DNA from: Actinomycetota bacterium
GTDB taxonomy: Bacteria; Actinomycetota; Humimicrobiia; Humimicrobiales; Humimicrobiaceae
DNA: 64,000 bases
Direction: 5' to 3'
Assembly: GCA_034660395.1 (NCBI GenBank)
Contig: JAYEJA010000049.1
Location: 1,731-65,730, forward strand
The notes beneath the pieces are model-generated. The model was not told the DNA's origin. It worked only from the letters and a program-made list of their open reading frames with translations, and made no database searches. The translations under genes were made by a program, and so were the position numbers. This document shows, one piece after another, positions 29,037 to 39,000 of the stretch (position 1 is the stretch's first letter; the number at the start of each line of letters is the position of its first letter).

Positions 29037-29735
29037 CTACCCCCCCCCCGCTACGTCAACATAACTAAGATTATTCAATATGGCCAGAACCATAGCTATT
29101 ATATATATTCGTCCCCTCTCCAGTTTTTTACGGTGTACCGATATAATATTTTCTATTTTTTTTAAGGGGAGTCTCCTGGTTTCCATTAAAGTTCTAAGAA
29201 TGCCATCATCGTCAACTATAGATTTTGCAATATTCTTATATTCTTCTCTCAGGCTGCTGCTCTTAGGGGATACTTCCGCCAGTTCTTCCAGGCTGATTCC
29301 CCATTTTTCCAATTCAGACCTGTATTCTAATGTTTCAATCATCCTCTCTTCTTTATCTTCATCAATTGCATACTGCTCCCTATAATTGATACCATTACCC
29401 TCAAAATTGGCGCCGGATAATCTTTTATCTTCCAGACTTATCGTTCTTCTCTTATTCTCTTTTCGGTAGTAATCAATAACACGTCTATCTATAACCATTC
29501 TTGCGAAACTCAGGAATTTCCCCTTTTCCCTGTCATAGGAATCCATTGCTTCTTTGAAGGCAGAAAGTCCGATAGAAAATTCCTCATCCACTCCATATTC
29601 TACGAATCTTCCGGCTCTTTTTTGAATAACACCCGCAATAAAAGGCCTGAATTCATAAATTAATCTGCTGGTTTTAAATTTATCTCCTCTTACTTCAACT
29701 ACCCTATTCTCAAGAGTCTGCCTGTGTAAAGCCAA
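29037..29735 (-). CDS. sigI: RNA polymerase sigma factor SigI
   Basis: DEEFSIGLSAFKEAMDSYDREKGKFLSFARMVIDRRVIDYYRKE matches the conserved SigI region 2. Length 232 aa. TTG start preceded by GGAGA. It is followed by rsgI. Confidence 0.75.
   Translation of the reverse strand: MALHRQTLENRVVEVRGDKFKTSRLIYEFRPFIAGVIQKRAGRFVEYGVDEEFSIGLSAFKEAMDSYDREKGKFLSFARMVIDRRVIDYYRKENKRRTISLEDKRLSGANFEGNGINYREQYAIDEDKEERMIETLEYRSELEKWGISLEELAEVSPKSSSLREEYKNIAKSIVDDDGILRTLMETRRLPLKKIENIISVHRKKLERGRIYIIAMVLAILNNLSYVDVAGGG
29040..29049. repeat. C10/G10 homopolymer at the 3' end of sigI
   Basis: Ten consecutive C on the plus strand encode the C-terminal GGG of SigI, 2 nt before its stop and 10-20 nt upstream of the rsgI ATG. 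It is the longest G/C run in the window. Confidence 0.9.
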
Positions 29736-29857
29736 AATATTAATCTCCTACCAGATTAAATGATTTGTCTGATATTATATTATAACTTCAATTTTTTATA
29801 AATCATCTCATTTGTTATGGTATAATTAATTAATATTTTAAAAAAGGAGGATTTACT

Positions 29858-30358
29858 ATGGATGTAAAGCTTCTCATAACCTACGACCCCGCCCATATAG
29901 AAAGCAGCAGGGAAAAAGTCGAAAATCTTTTTAGAGAAATTAATGTAAAACCCGAATTTTTGAAATCAAAGTATGACGGCATTTTTCTTCTCAATGTTGC
30001 AAAACCGAAAGAACTTGTAAAAAAACTTAAAAAATTACTAAAAAAGGACAGGGAACTATTTGGCAGAACCCACCGATATATCCCCGTAGACAAATGGGTT
30101 AAATCAAAAGTGCCCGACATGCAGAAAGCAATAAAGTCAACTGTTCCGAAAATTAAAAAAGAAGAAAAGTGGATGATGGACCTTGAAAAAAGACATTATG
30201 ACAAACTTGATTTTAAAGAGCTGATAATTAAACTTACCGATGTGGTAGACCGCGAAAAGATTGATTTAAAAAAACCTAAAAAGATAATAAAAGTTGAAAT
30301 CGTGGGAAAAGACGCCGGGATATCACTTCTGGAACCTGATGAAATACTTGTAGTATAA
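29858..30358 (+). CDS. hypothetical basic protein, possibly a THUMP-like RNA-binding domain protein
   Basis: 166-aa ORF, Lys-rich, preceded by the strong RBS AAGGAGG. The THUMP assignment is from pattern recall only. Confidence 0.3.
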   Translation: MDVKLLITYDPAHIESSREKVENLFREINVKPEFLKSKYDGIFLLNVAKPKELVKKLKKLLKKDRELFGRTHRYIPVDKWVKSKVPDMQKAIKSTVPKIKKEEKWMMDLEKRHYDKLDFKELIIKLTDVVDREKIDLKKPKKIIKVEIVGKDAGISLLEPDEILVV

Positions 30359-30361
30359 AAA

Positions 30362-31114
30362 TCACTTTCCCCCTGTTCTTTTTTTAAAGTATTTTAAAAA
30401 TCTATCCTGATACTGTTCAAACATCCCCCACCTATCTAATTCCTGCTTCAGGTCAAGGGGCTCTATCTTTCCTTTTTCAAATAACTTAAAAAGAATCTCT
30501 ATCTCATTTTTGGCTATAACCGGATAACCTGCCCTGTCTCTCGTTACAACAGGGAAACCCTCATTGCCCACACTCACCGAGCTATTCTTCAGCAAATCAG
30601 GCAGCTGTGAATAGTGAGCGCTTTTTGTTACTATTTCCTGTATAAATTTAGAAAGTGAAACATCCCAGAACTCATCTACCCCTCTTATAACAGCACTGTA
30701 GGGATCTTTCTTTTTTTCAATATTCCCTGATATTTTCTTTGCTACAGAAGTAAGCGAGTTTGAAACTATTTCCATTTTTTCAAAATCACGACTCATTCTC
30801 AAGCCGTAAAGAATCATAGCCAGATCGTTATCTTCCTCTGCAAGCATTTCGAATGCCTTCCGGGCTTCCCCGCTGAATCCTTCTACCCTTAACATATATG
30901 AAGGGGTTATAACCTTGGGCTTCTGCCATGTTATCTTACCTTCCCTTATTATCGTTTCGGTATCGGAACTCTTGCCCTCGAACTCCAGATACATCGGCAC
31001 TGCCAGCATATAATAATGGATGATTGTAGAATCAAACGAAGAAAGCAGCTTTTCCGGCTGTTTTATAATCTCAGTTTTTTCTATCACCATTTTAATTTTT
31101 TCTTCTAAATCCAT
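30362..31114 (-). CDS. hypothetical protein (no recognisable domain)
   Basis: The ORF runs to 31153, but the second ATG (MDLEEKIKM, 31112-31114) is preceded by AGGAGTGG and is the likely start. It is convergent with the 29858 gene, with stops 4 nt apart. Confidence 0.4.
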   Translation of the reverse strand: MDLEEKIKMVIEKTEIIKQPEKLLSSFDSTIIHYYMLAVPMYLEFEGKSSDTETIIREGKITWQKPKVITPSYMLRVEGFSGEARKAFEMLAEEDNDLAMILYGLRMSRDFEKMEIVSNSLTSVAKKISGNIEKKKDPYSAVIRGVDEFWDVSLSKFIQEIVTKSAHYSQLPDLLKNSSVSVGNEGFPVVTRDRAGYPVIAKNEIEILFKLFEKGKIEPLDLKQELDRWGMFEQYQDRFLKYFKKRTGGK

Positions 31115-31280
31115 ATGAATCCACTCCTGAAACCTGACATATTTTAATGCCATGCAAAATAAATATCAACTACCTTTTTAATATTATCACAGATAAAAGA
31201 AACTATTAAATTAAAATAACAAATAAGACAACGGCAATAATAACTCAGGCATCTCCCTTTAATAATCATGTAGCAATTCT

Positions 31281-31309
31281 TGACAATAAACATCAAAATC
31301 ATTAGAATT
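31281..31309 (+). promoter_or_regulatory. sigma70-type promoter (TTGACA-17-TAGAAT) for the 31420-34249 operon
   Basis: Consensus -35 box, 17-nt spacer and a good -10 box, 110 nt upstream of the GTG start. Confidence 0.4.
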
Positions 31310-31419
31310 TTTATTTAGTTTCAAATAGTTTTTTCATGCAGTTGCGTCACTTTAAGAATTATTTAAATTCATTAAAATTTTAACCAGTCTTATTAAAATT
31401 TAGCAAAGGAGTGTATTAA

Positions 31420-32334
31420 GTGAAAAACATAAAAAGAAGATTACCAGTATTTTTTATTATTTTAGCTCTTACCTTATCAATTATCATGATATTGCCTGCA
31501 GCATTGATTGCCCGGGAAGAGGCAGATGAAGAAAATACGCCTGAACCCGTTCCCGAGGAACTGGACTTTGAAACCACTCTTCCAAAAATAGAGGCAGAGG
31601 AAGGCGAAACATTTAATTTTAATTTTTCGGTAACTTACATAGCAGGAGATGAGCCGTTTGGCCTGAAAGAGGGAAACCAGAGTAAGCCCTTTGATATAGA
31701 AGTTGAATATCCATCAGGCTGGAATGCCGCTGTGGCAAGTGGAAATACAGTAGCGCGGACCATTAACCTTGAATCATACAGTACCGAAAGCTTAAATTTC
31801 CTGGCAGAAGAAAGAACGCCCCAGGAACCCGGGGAATACAACTTTACAGTTACATTCAAATCAGCTGTTGAGGGAGATACCCTGGAAGAATCCATAGAAT
31901 TCACGGCAGTGCTGACTGCAACCTATGAAATTACACTGACTCCAAAAACGGAAGTTTACAGCACTGATATAACTGCCGGTAAAGATAACCATTACAAGTT
32001 AATACTGGCCAATAACAGTTCTACATCTGTTGAAAATATAAGCCTGAGTTCAGACGAGCCCGAGGGCTGGCAGGTTGATTTTGATAAAAAAGAAATAGAA
32101 TCAATTGAAGCCGGTGAAGAAAAAGAAATAGATGTAACCATAAATCCCCCGGAAAAAACCATTGCCGGTGATTATATGCTGACTTTTTCAGCTTCCAGCG
32201 AGAACGATAATGGCAGCTCGAAAGTCAGGGTGACCGTTGAAACCCCTACTATCTGGGGTATTGTGGGCATAGGGATTATCGTGATAGTTATAGTTGGTGT
32301 TGCCATAATATTTACGAGACTCGGAAGAAGATAA
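31420..32334 (+). CDS. secreted, C-terminally membrane-anchored protein with two beta-sandwich (NEW3/CARDB-like) domains
   Basis: N-terminal signal/TM segment, two repeated domains of about 100 aa (YNFTVTF... / YMLTFSA...), and a C-terminal TM IVGIGIIVIVIVGVAIIF followed by RLGRR. It is co-operonic with the ABC-2 transporter. Confidence 0.5.
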   Translation: MKNIKRRLPVFFIILALTLSIIMILPAALIAREEADEENTPEPVPEELDFETTLPKIEAEEGETFNFNFSVTYIAGDEPFGLKEGNQSKPFDIEVEYPSGWNAAVASGNTVARTINLESYSTESLNFLAEERTPQEPGEYNFTVTFKSAVEGDTLEESIEFTAVLTATYEITLTPKTEVYSTDITAGKDNHYKLILANNSSTSVENISLSSDEPEGWQVDFDKKEIESIEAGEEKEIDVTINPPEKTIAGDYMLTFSASSENDNGSSKVRVTVETPTIWGIVGIGIIVIVIVGVAIIFTRLGRR

Positions 32335-32337
32335 ATT

Positions 32338-33279
32338 ATGAATGACATTAAAGATTTAATAATTTCCAAAAATTTATCAAAGAAATATAACGGTCAGCTT
32401 GTAGTTGACAATTTTAGTATAAGCATTAAAAATGGTGAAATATTCGGCCTTCTGGGACCAAACGGCGCCGGGAAATCCACTATTATACTTATGATACTCG
32501 GACTAACAGAACCGACATCCGGCAGTATAAGCGTAGGCGGTTTTAATTCGACAAGGCAGCCGCTTAAAGTAAAGAGGATTACCGGTTATCTGCCTGAAAA
32601 GGTCGGTTTTTACGAAGACATGACAGCAATGGAGAACCTTTCATATACCGCAGAATTAAACAATATTCCTTACAGGGAAATTCCTTCTAAAATTGATGAG
32701 GTACTGGATACAGTTAGTTTATCAAAAAATAAAAAACAGCAGGTCAGGACATTTTCAAAAGGTATGAAACAGAGACTTGGAATTGCCGATGTCCTTATAA
32801 AAGACCCACGCCTCATAATTTTTGACGAACTGACCGAAGGCCTGGACGTTAAAGTAGCAAATCAGATTCTACAGACAATACTTGACCTTAATGCCAGTAA
32901 AAACATTACATTCCTTCTGTCATCCCACCAGCTAAACCTGGTACAAAAGGTTTGCTCCCGCGTAGGCATATTATCCAGTGGAAAATTAATCAACCAGGGA
33001 AGTGTAGAAAGTCTGGGAAGAGAACTATTTGGCGGAGGAAAATACAGGATAGAAATCGAACTGGAGAAAATAACAGGTAAGATAGCCGACAAGTTAAAAA
33101 AGCTTGATAAAGTTATAAGTGTCAATAAAACCGGTAAAAAATTTACGATTGTTTGCGATAAAGATATTAGACAGGGCATATCACGTCTTGTTTCAAACGA
33201 AGGCATACTTCTAACCAGAATGGATATGAAAAAGGATGCACTTGAAGAAATTTATCTAAAATATTTTAAAGAGGAGTAA
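32338..33279 (+). CDS. ABC transporter ATP-binding protein (ABC-2/DrrA-like)
   Basis: Walker A GPNGAGKST, signature FSKGMKQRLGIA, Walker B IIFDELTEGLD. Confidence 0.9.
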   Translation: MNDIKDLIISKNLSKKYNGQLVVDNFSISIKNGEIFGLLGPNGAGKSTIILMILGLTEPTSGSISVGGFNSTRQPLKVKRITGYLPEKVGFYEDMTAMENLSYTAELNNIPYREIPSKIDEVLDTVSLSKNKKQQVRTFSKGMKQRLGIADVLIKDPRLIIFDELTEGLDVKVANQILQTILDLNASKNITFLLSSHQLNLVQKVCSRVGILSSGKLINQGSVESLGRELFGGGKYRIEIELEKITGKIADKLKKLDKVISVNKTGKKFTIVCDKDIRQGISRLVSNEGILLTRMDMKKDALEEIYLKYFKEE

Positions 33280-33280
33280 A

Positions 33281-34249
33281 ATGAGAAGCGTTTTAACCAT
33301 ATATAGAAAAGAGCTGTGCGACCATTTCAGCAGTAATAAATTTCTAATCCTTCTTTCTTTAATTTATATTGCAGGTCTTTCATCAACCTATGTGTCACTT
33401 ACCAATATAAGGCAAGCCGCAAGCTCACTTGATGAACATGTATTTCTTTATTTATTTACTACAAAAGGAGACATTCTTCCTTCCTTTATAACCTTTATTA
33501 GATTCTTTATTCCCATTATAGGAATAATATTTGGTTTTGATGCTATTAACAGCGAGAAAACCAGCGGCAATTTAAGCAGGGTCCTTTCCCAGCCAATATA
33601 CAGGGACAGTCTTATAAATAGTAAGTTTTTAGCCGGTATCACCACTTTAGGCATTATAATAGCAAGCATCGTATTTATTATCTCGGGAGTAGGTTTATTT
33701 TCAATCGGGGTACCCCCGACTTCTGAAGAAATCTTAAGGATATCCTTTTTTATATTCATCTGCATCTTTTACGGCGGTTTCTGGATGGGGCTTTCGATAC
33801 TTTTTTCAGTTATAATGGAAAAAACAGCTGCTTCAATACTTATAACCACAGCTATATGGATATTTCTTATGTTCTTTCTCCCAATAATTGCGGATGCCAT
33901 AGCCAATGCGATGGCACCGGTGTCAGATAATCCCACATTCACCGAGTTAGCAAGAAACTACAGTATCAGCAGTTCAATATCAAGAATATCACCTGCAACT
34001 CTTTTTAGCGAATCAATAATAGTCCTTCTTATGCCCATAGGAGGAAACTTAATTATTAATAATAAGGCTGGTTTAGTGCAATCCTACGAAATGCTGCAAT
34101 CCGGCGAAATGCAGCTTAATCATCCCCTTTCACTCGGGCAGAGCCTGGTTCAGGTATGGCCTCAGCTTGTAGCCATAATAGCACTGGCTATTGTTTGCTT
34201 CGCAGTATCATATATTATATTTATGAGGCAGGAAATAAGGTCAACCTAA
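33281..34249 (+). CDS. ABC-2 family transporter permease
   Basis: 322 aa, about six hydrophobic segments, immediately after the ATPase. Confidence 0.7.
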   Translation: MRSVLTIYRKELCDHFSSNKFLILLSLIYIAGLSSTYVSLTNIRQAASSLDEHVFLYLFTTKGDILPSFITFIRFFIPIIGIIFGFDAINSEKTSGNLSRVLSQPIYRDSLINSKFLAGITTLGIIIASIVFIISGVGLFSIGVPPTSEEILRISFFIFICIFYGGFWMGLSILFSVIMEKTAASILITTAIWIFLMFFLPIIADAIANAMAPVSDNPTFTELARNYSISSSISRISPATLFSESIIVLLMPIGGNLIINNKAGLVQSYEMLQSGEMQLNHPLSLGQSLVQVWPQLVAIIALAIVCFAVSYIIFMRQEIRST

Positions 34250-34533
34250 TCCTGGTGAGTGGTAACTTCTTCAATCAGGCTTGTTCCTACCGATATCTTA
34301 TCCAGGCTGTGTATTGAAGCACCATTCTGCTTTATAACCTGTTCGACCTGATCATAATCTATCGAATCGCCTTCACAGGTTATTTTAACATTTTCTACTT
34401 TCTGGTCCATTTCAATTAATGATATATCAACTCCATATACTCCGGGGAGGTCTGCCAGTTTGATTGAAATTTCTACCATACCAGGCGAGTGCGGTTTAAG
34501 TACATCTAATACTATTCTTCTTATATTTGCCAA
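34246..34533 (-). CDS. DUF211 (COG1888) family protein
   Basis: 95 aa. The pattern RRIVLDVLKPHSPGMVE...ITCEGDSIDYDQVEQVIKQNGASIHSLD resembles the DUF211 alignment (from recall). Confidence 0.45.
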   Translation of the reverse strand: MANIRRIVLDVLKPHSPGMVEISIKLADLPGVYGVDISLIEMDQKVENVKITCEGDSIDYDQVEQVIKQNGASIHSLDKISVGTSLIEEVTTHQD

Positions 34534-34585
34534 TTTATTATCTCCTTTTCTAAAAAATTAAAACATAAAAGCTTAAAATAACCGG

Positions 34586-35551
34586 TTATCTTTCCATCTT
34601 ATATCTCCTCCTTAAATCTTTAAGGCATTCAAGTAAATCATCTGATAACTTATCTTCAGCAACAACCCTCTTTCCGGTTACAGGGTGTTCAAATTCCAAT
34701 CTTTTTGCATGCAAAAACTGTCTTTTAATACCAAGTTCTTTTGCCAGTTTCTTTGAATTCCTGTTACCGTAAAGGGAATCACCTATTACCGGATGCTCTA
34801 TATAGCTGAGGTGCACCCTGATTTGATGTGTTCTTCCGGTTTTTGGGCTCACATCCAGTAATGTCGAATATTTAAACTCCTCCTTTATCTCAAACCTGGT
34901 TACCGAATCCCTTCCTCCATCAATCGATATATTCATTTTTTTTCTATCAAGTCTGGAACGTCCTATTGGGAGAACAACCTCTCCCTTTTCCTCAAAAAAC
35001 CTGCCCCACACCAGTGCAGCATAGGTCTTCTTTATTTCCCTCTTCTTAAACTTGTCCGATAATAATCTATGGGTTTTGTTGTCCTTTGCTATTATAAGAA
35101 GACCTGAAGTATCTCTGTCCAGTCTATGGACAATCCCCAGCCTTTCTATACCCGATACATCTGATAATTTATCATAATGATAAAGCAATGCATTTACCAG
35201 TGTTCCTTTATTAAAACCCCTGACCGGATGGGTTAACATCCCGGCTTCTTTTGATAAAACCAGCAAATACCGGTCTTCATATAATATTTTTAAATCTATC
35301 TTCTGCGGTTCTATTGAAGTGACTGAATCTCTTTCTCCGGGATATTCTAAAGTTATTAAATCCTTCTCAGAAACATTATAGTGCTTATTCACACTTTTAT
35401 CGTTTACTTTCGCCTTTCCCCTTCTTATTATGCCCTGGATGCAGCTTCTCGATAAATCATCTATCCTGGCAGATAAAAACTTATCTACTCTCTGGCCAGA
35501 GCTACCGGCATCTACTACAAACTTTAAAATGCTTTCAGACTTTTTATTCAA
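34586..35551 (-). CDS. rluD: 23S rRNA pseudouridine synthase, RluD/RluA family (S4 plus PseudoU_synth_2 domains)
   Basis: HRLDRDTSGLLIIAKD catalytic Asp motif and position after lspA. Confidence 0.85.
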   Translation of the reverse strand: MNKKSESILKFVVDAGSSGQRVDKFLSARIDDLSRSCIQGIIRRGKAKVNDKSVNKHYNVSEKDLITLEYPGERDSVTSIEPQKIDLKILYEDRYLLVLSKEAGMLTHPVRGFNKGTLVNALLYHYDKLSDVSGIERLGIVHRLDRDTSGLLIIAKDNKTHRLLSDKFKKREIKKTYAALVWGRFFEEKGEVVLPIGRSRLDRKKMNISIDGGRDSVTRFEIKEEFKYSTLLDVSPKTGRTHQIRVHLSYIEHPVIGDSLYGNRNSKKLAKELGIKRQFLHAKRLEFEHPVTGKRVVAEDKLSDDLLECLKDLRRRYKMER

Positions 35552-35559
35552 TTCCTCTC

Positions 35560-36057
35560 TTAAACTTTTTTCTTTTTAAAATACTCCCTGAGTATTATTA
35601 TAATAGTAATGCAAAAACCGACATTTATAAAGAGATCGGCTACATTAAAGACTGCTCCAAAAAAAGAAAAATTTAAAAAGTCCGTAACCTCTCCCGCGAA
35701 ATATCTGTCAACAAGGTTCCCCATCGCTCCACCAAGTATAAAACCAAGTGATATATTATAAAAAACAGAGTTTAAATTAATTATAGCTTTTAAAAAAATT
35801 ATTAAGAAAATGGCAATAATAGATACTACAGTCAGGACCCTGGTATACCCCTGGAACATTCCAAAAGCTGCGCCTGTATTATTAATAGGAGTTATATAAA
35901 AAAACCCTTTTATCACCTCTATGGAATTATTCATAGGAATTTTCTGGACCACTATATACTTTGTTACCTGGTCTGCAACAAGTATGACAGCAGCACTTAT
36001 TATAAAATACAGATTCATAAAAATGCTTCTGCTTATTCTTTTATCCACTTTAAACAA
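35560..36057 (-). CDS. lspA: lipoprotein signal peptidase II
   Basis: NTGAAFG and FNVAD motifs. It overlaps ileS by 8 nt. Confidence 0.9.
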   Translation of the reverse strand: MFKVDKRISRSIFMNLYFIISAAVILVADQVTKYIVVQKIPMNNSIEVIKGFFYITPINNTGAAFGMFQGYTRVLTVVSIIAIFLIIFLKAIINLNSVFYNISLGFILGGAMGNLVDRYFAGEVTDFLNFSFFGAVFNVADLFINVGFCITIIIILREYFKKKKV

Positions 36058-39000
36058 TACTCCCCGTAACTCTTATGCCAATCTTTATTTTCCTATCGTT
36101 AACCTTTACTTCTTTTACAAACATATCATCCTTAAAATCATGACCCATCGACTTGCTAAGAGTTTCTTTCATTATATAATTTCTAAACTTTTTCAGAATA
36201 TCTTCTTTTATACCGGGCTCAATGGCGAGGTCAATAGTGTTTTCTATCTTAAAATCCGCTTCTTTTCTCAAATTCTGTACCTGATGGACAAGCTCCCTGC
36301 AGAGCCCTTCTTCCAGAAGGTTTTCCGGTATAACTGTTGGAATGCCTGCAGTTATTTCACCATCACTTTCTATCCCAAGACCTTCCTTATTACTGACCTC
36401 AACAATTATCTCTTCAGGCAATAACTCTATATGTTTTCCATCTATAGCCAGACTTATATTTTTACCATTTTTAACTTTTAGAGCTGTGCGCACCAGGTCT
36501 TCCGAAAGCAGCTTCTTTTTTATCCCGGGGACCATACTGCCGTATTTCTTGCCCAGTATTGAAAGATTGGGCTTTATATCATATGAAACCAGCTCATTAA
36601 TATCCCCGGCAAATTCTATTTTCTTAACATTAAGTTCACTGGTTATAATGCCTTTGAGATGATTGACGGCTTCCTTCTTCCCTTTATCCTCATCAAAATA
36701 CAGGGTTACTTTCTCAACCGGCTGCCTTATTTTTATGCGGGTCTTACTTCTTACCGCCCTGCCAAGATTAACAACCCTCCGTGCTATATCCATTTTAAAA
36801 CTCAAGTCCTTATCTATAAGGTTCTCATCATGAGCAGGATACTCCTCCAGGTGGACGCTTTCTTTGCCCTTGCCGATGCTGCCTGTCAGGTTTCCATATA
36901 TTTCTTCACTTAAATAAGGTATAAAAGGCGCGCACAATCTGGTAATTTCTACCAGGCACTCATAGAGAGTTTTATATGCGCTTATTTTATCCCTGTCCTC
37001 TTCACTCTTCCAGAACCTTCTCCTGCTCCTCCTTACATACCAGTTAGATAGAACATCGACAAAATTCTGTATGGCTCTGCCGCTTTCGGTGACATTAAAA
37101 TCATCCATAAGCTCATTTACCTTCTTTATAGTAGAGTTGAGCTCTGATAATATCCAGCGGTCAATTTCTAATCTTTCTTCTACCTTAAGGTCATGCCCGT
37201 AAGGATTAAAATTATCTATATTGGCATATATCACAAAAAAAGTATAAGTATTCCACAGGGTAAGTATAAATTTCCTGATAACCTCATCAATAGCCTTCAT
37301 AGAGAAATTTTTAGTCAGCCATGGAGACACACCGGTAAAGAAATACCACCTTATAGAATCTGCTCCCTGCTTGTTAAGTATATCCCAGGGATTTATTACG
37401 TTCCCTCTGGACTTGGACATTTTTTGTCCGTTTTCATCGTTTATAAGACCCAGGCAAAGAACATTTTTAAAACTTGTTTTTTTAAACAGCAGTGTCGATA
37501 TTGCAAGCAGGGTATAGAACCATCCTCTTGTCTGGTCAATTGCTTCACAAATGAAATCTGCAGGAAAATTATCCTTAAACAATTCTTTGTTTTCAAAAGG
37601 GTAATGGAATTGCGCATAAGGCATTGAGCCGGAATCAAACCATACATCTATTACCTCGGGTACCCTTCTCATTTCTTTTCCGCATTCCGGACATTTTATA
37701 ACAATGTCATCTACATACGGCCTGTGAAGGTCCAGCTTTCCAGGCAGGTTAACCGCTTTCTCCTTAAGTTCCTCTATGCTCCCTATGCATACCTTATGAC
37801 CATTTTCATCCAACCATACAGGCAGCGGTGTTCCCCAGTATCTTTCCCTGGTAAGGGCCCAATCAATATTTCCTTCAAGCCACTTTCCAAATCTCCCATA
37901 CTTTATGTGTTCCGGAAACCATCTAACCCCTTCATTGGACTTTAAAAGGTCTTTCTTTATTTTAGAAGTTTTTATATACCAGCTCTTCTTGGCATAATAT
38001 ACAAGTCTGCTGTTACATCGCCAGCAAAAAGGATACGGGTGCTTTATTTTCTTAACGCCAAAAAGTAATTTCCTTTCCTCAAGCTCTTTTATTACTTCCG
38101 GATTTGATTTCTCTATATTCAATCCGGCAAATTTTTTAACTTCCTTCTTGAACCTTCCTTCTTCATCTACCATCTGTACAAGCGGCAGGTTATTTTCTTT
38201 TCCCGCATTCATATCATCTTCACCGAAAGCAGGCGCGATATGAACAATACCGGTACCTTCTTCAACAGATACAAAATCGCCTCCTATTATTTTAAAGGCA
38301 TTTTTATCTCCCCCTGCATAATCATAAATAGGGCTATATCCGGAGGAGATAATCTCACTGCCCTTAAAAGTCCTGCAAATATTATATTCTGCGTCTTCAC
38401 CAAGCACGTCTCCAACCAGATTTTTTGCCATTATTAATTTTTCGCCTTTATATTCCACTTCTGCATAATCAGCATCCCTTTTTACCGCTGCAGCCGCATT
38501 TGATATAAGAGTCCATGGGGTTGTCGTCCAGACAAGAAAATATGTATTTTCTTTCTCCCCATGTGGAAATTTAACCATTATTGAGTAATCTTCCACTTCC
38601 TTATATCCAAGTGCTATCTCGTGGGATGACAGGGCTGTCCCGCAGCGCGGACAATAAGGAACAATCTTATAGTCCTGATAAAGCAAATCCTTATCCCATA
38701 TATTTTTTAATATCCACCATACAGTTTCTATATAATCATTTTTAAATGTCAGATAAGCATTATCCATATCCAGCCAGAAACCGATACGTCTGGTAAGTTT
38801 TTGCCATTCCTCTTCATATTTCATAACACTCTGCCTGCACATCTTATTAAACTTCTCAATGCCAATTTCTTCTATTTCTTTTTTTGAATTAATATTCAGC
38901 TCTTTCTCGACTTCAAGCTCCACAGGAAGACCATGTGTATCCCAGCCGGCTTTTCTCGGTACATCGTAGCCCTTCATGGTTTTATATCTTGGAAAAATAT

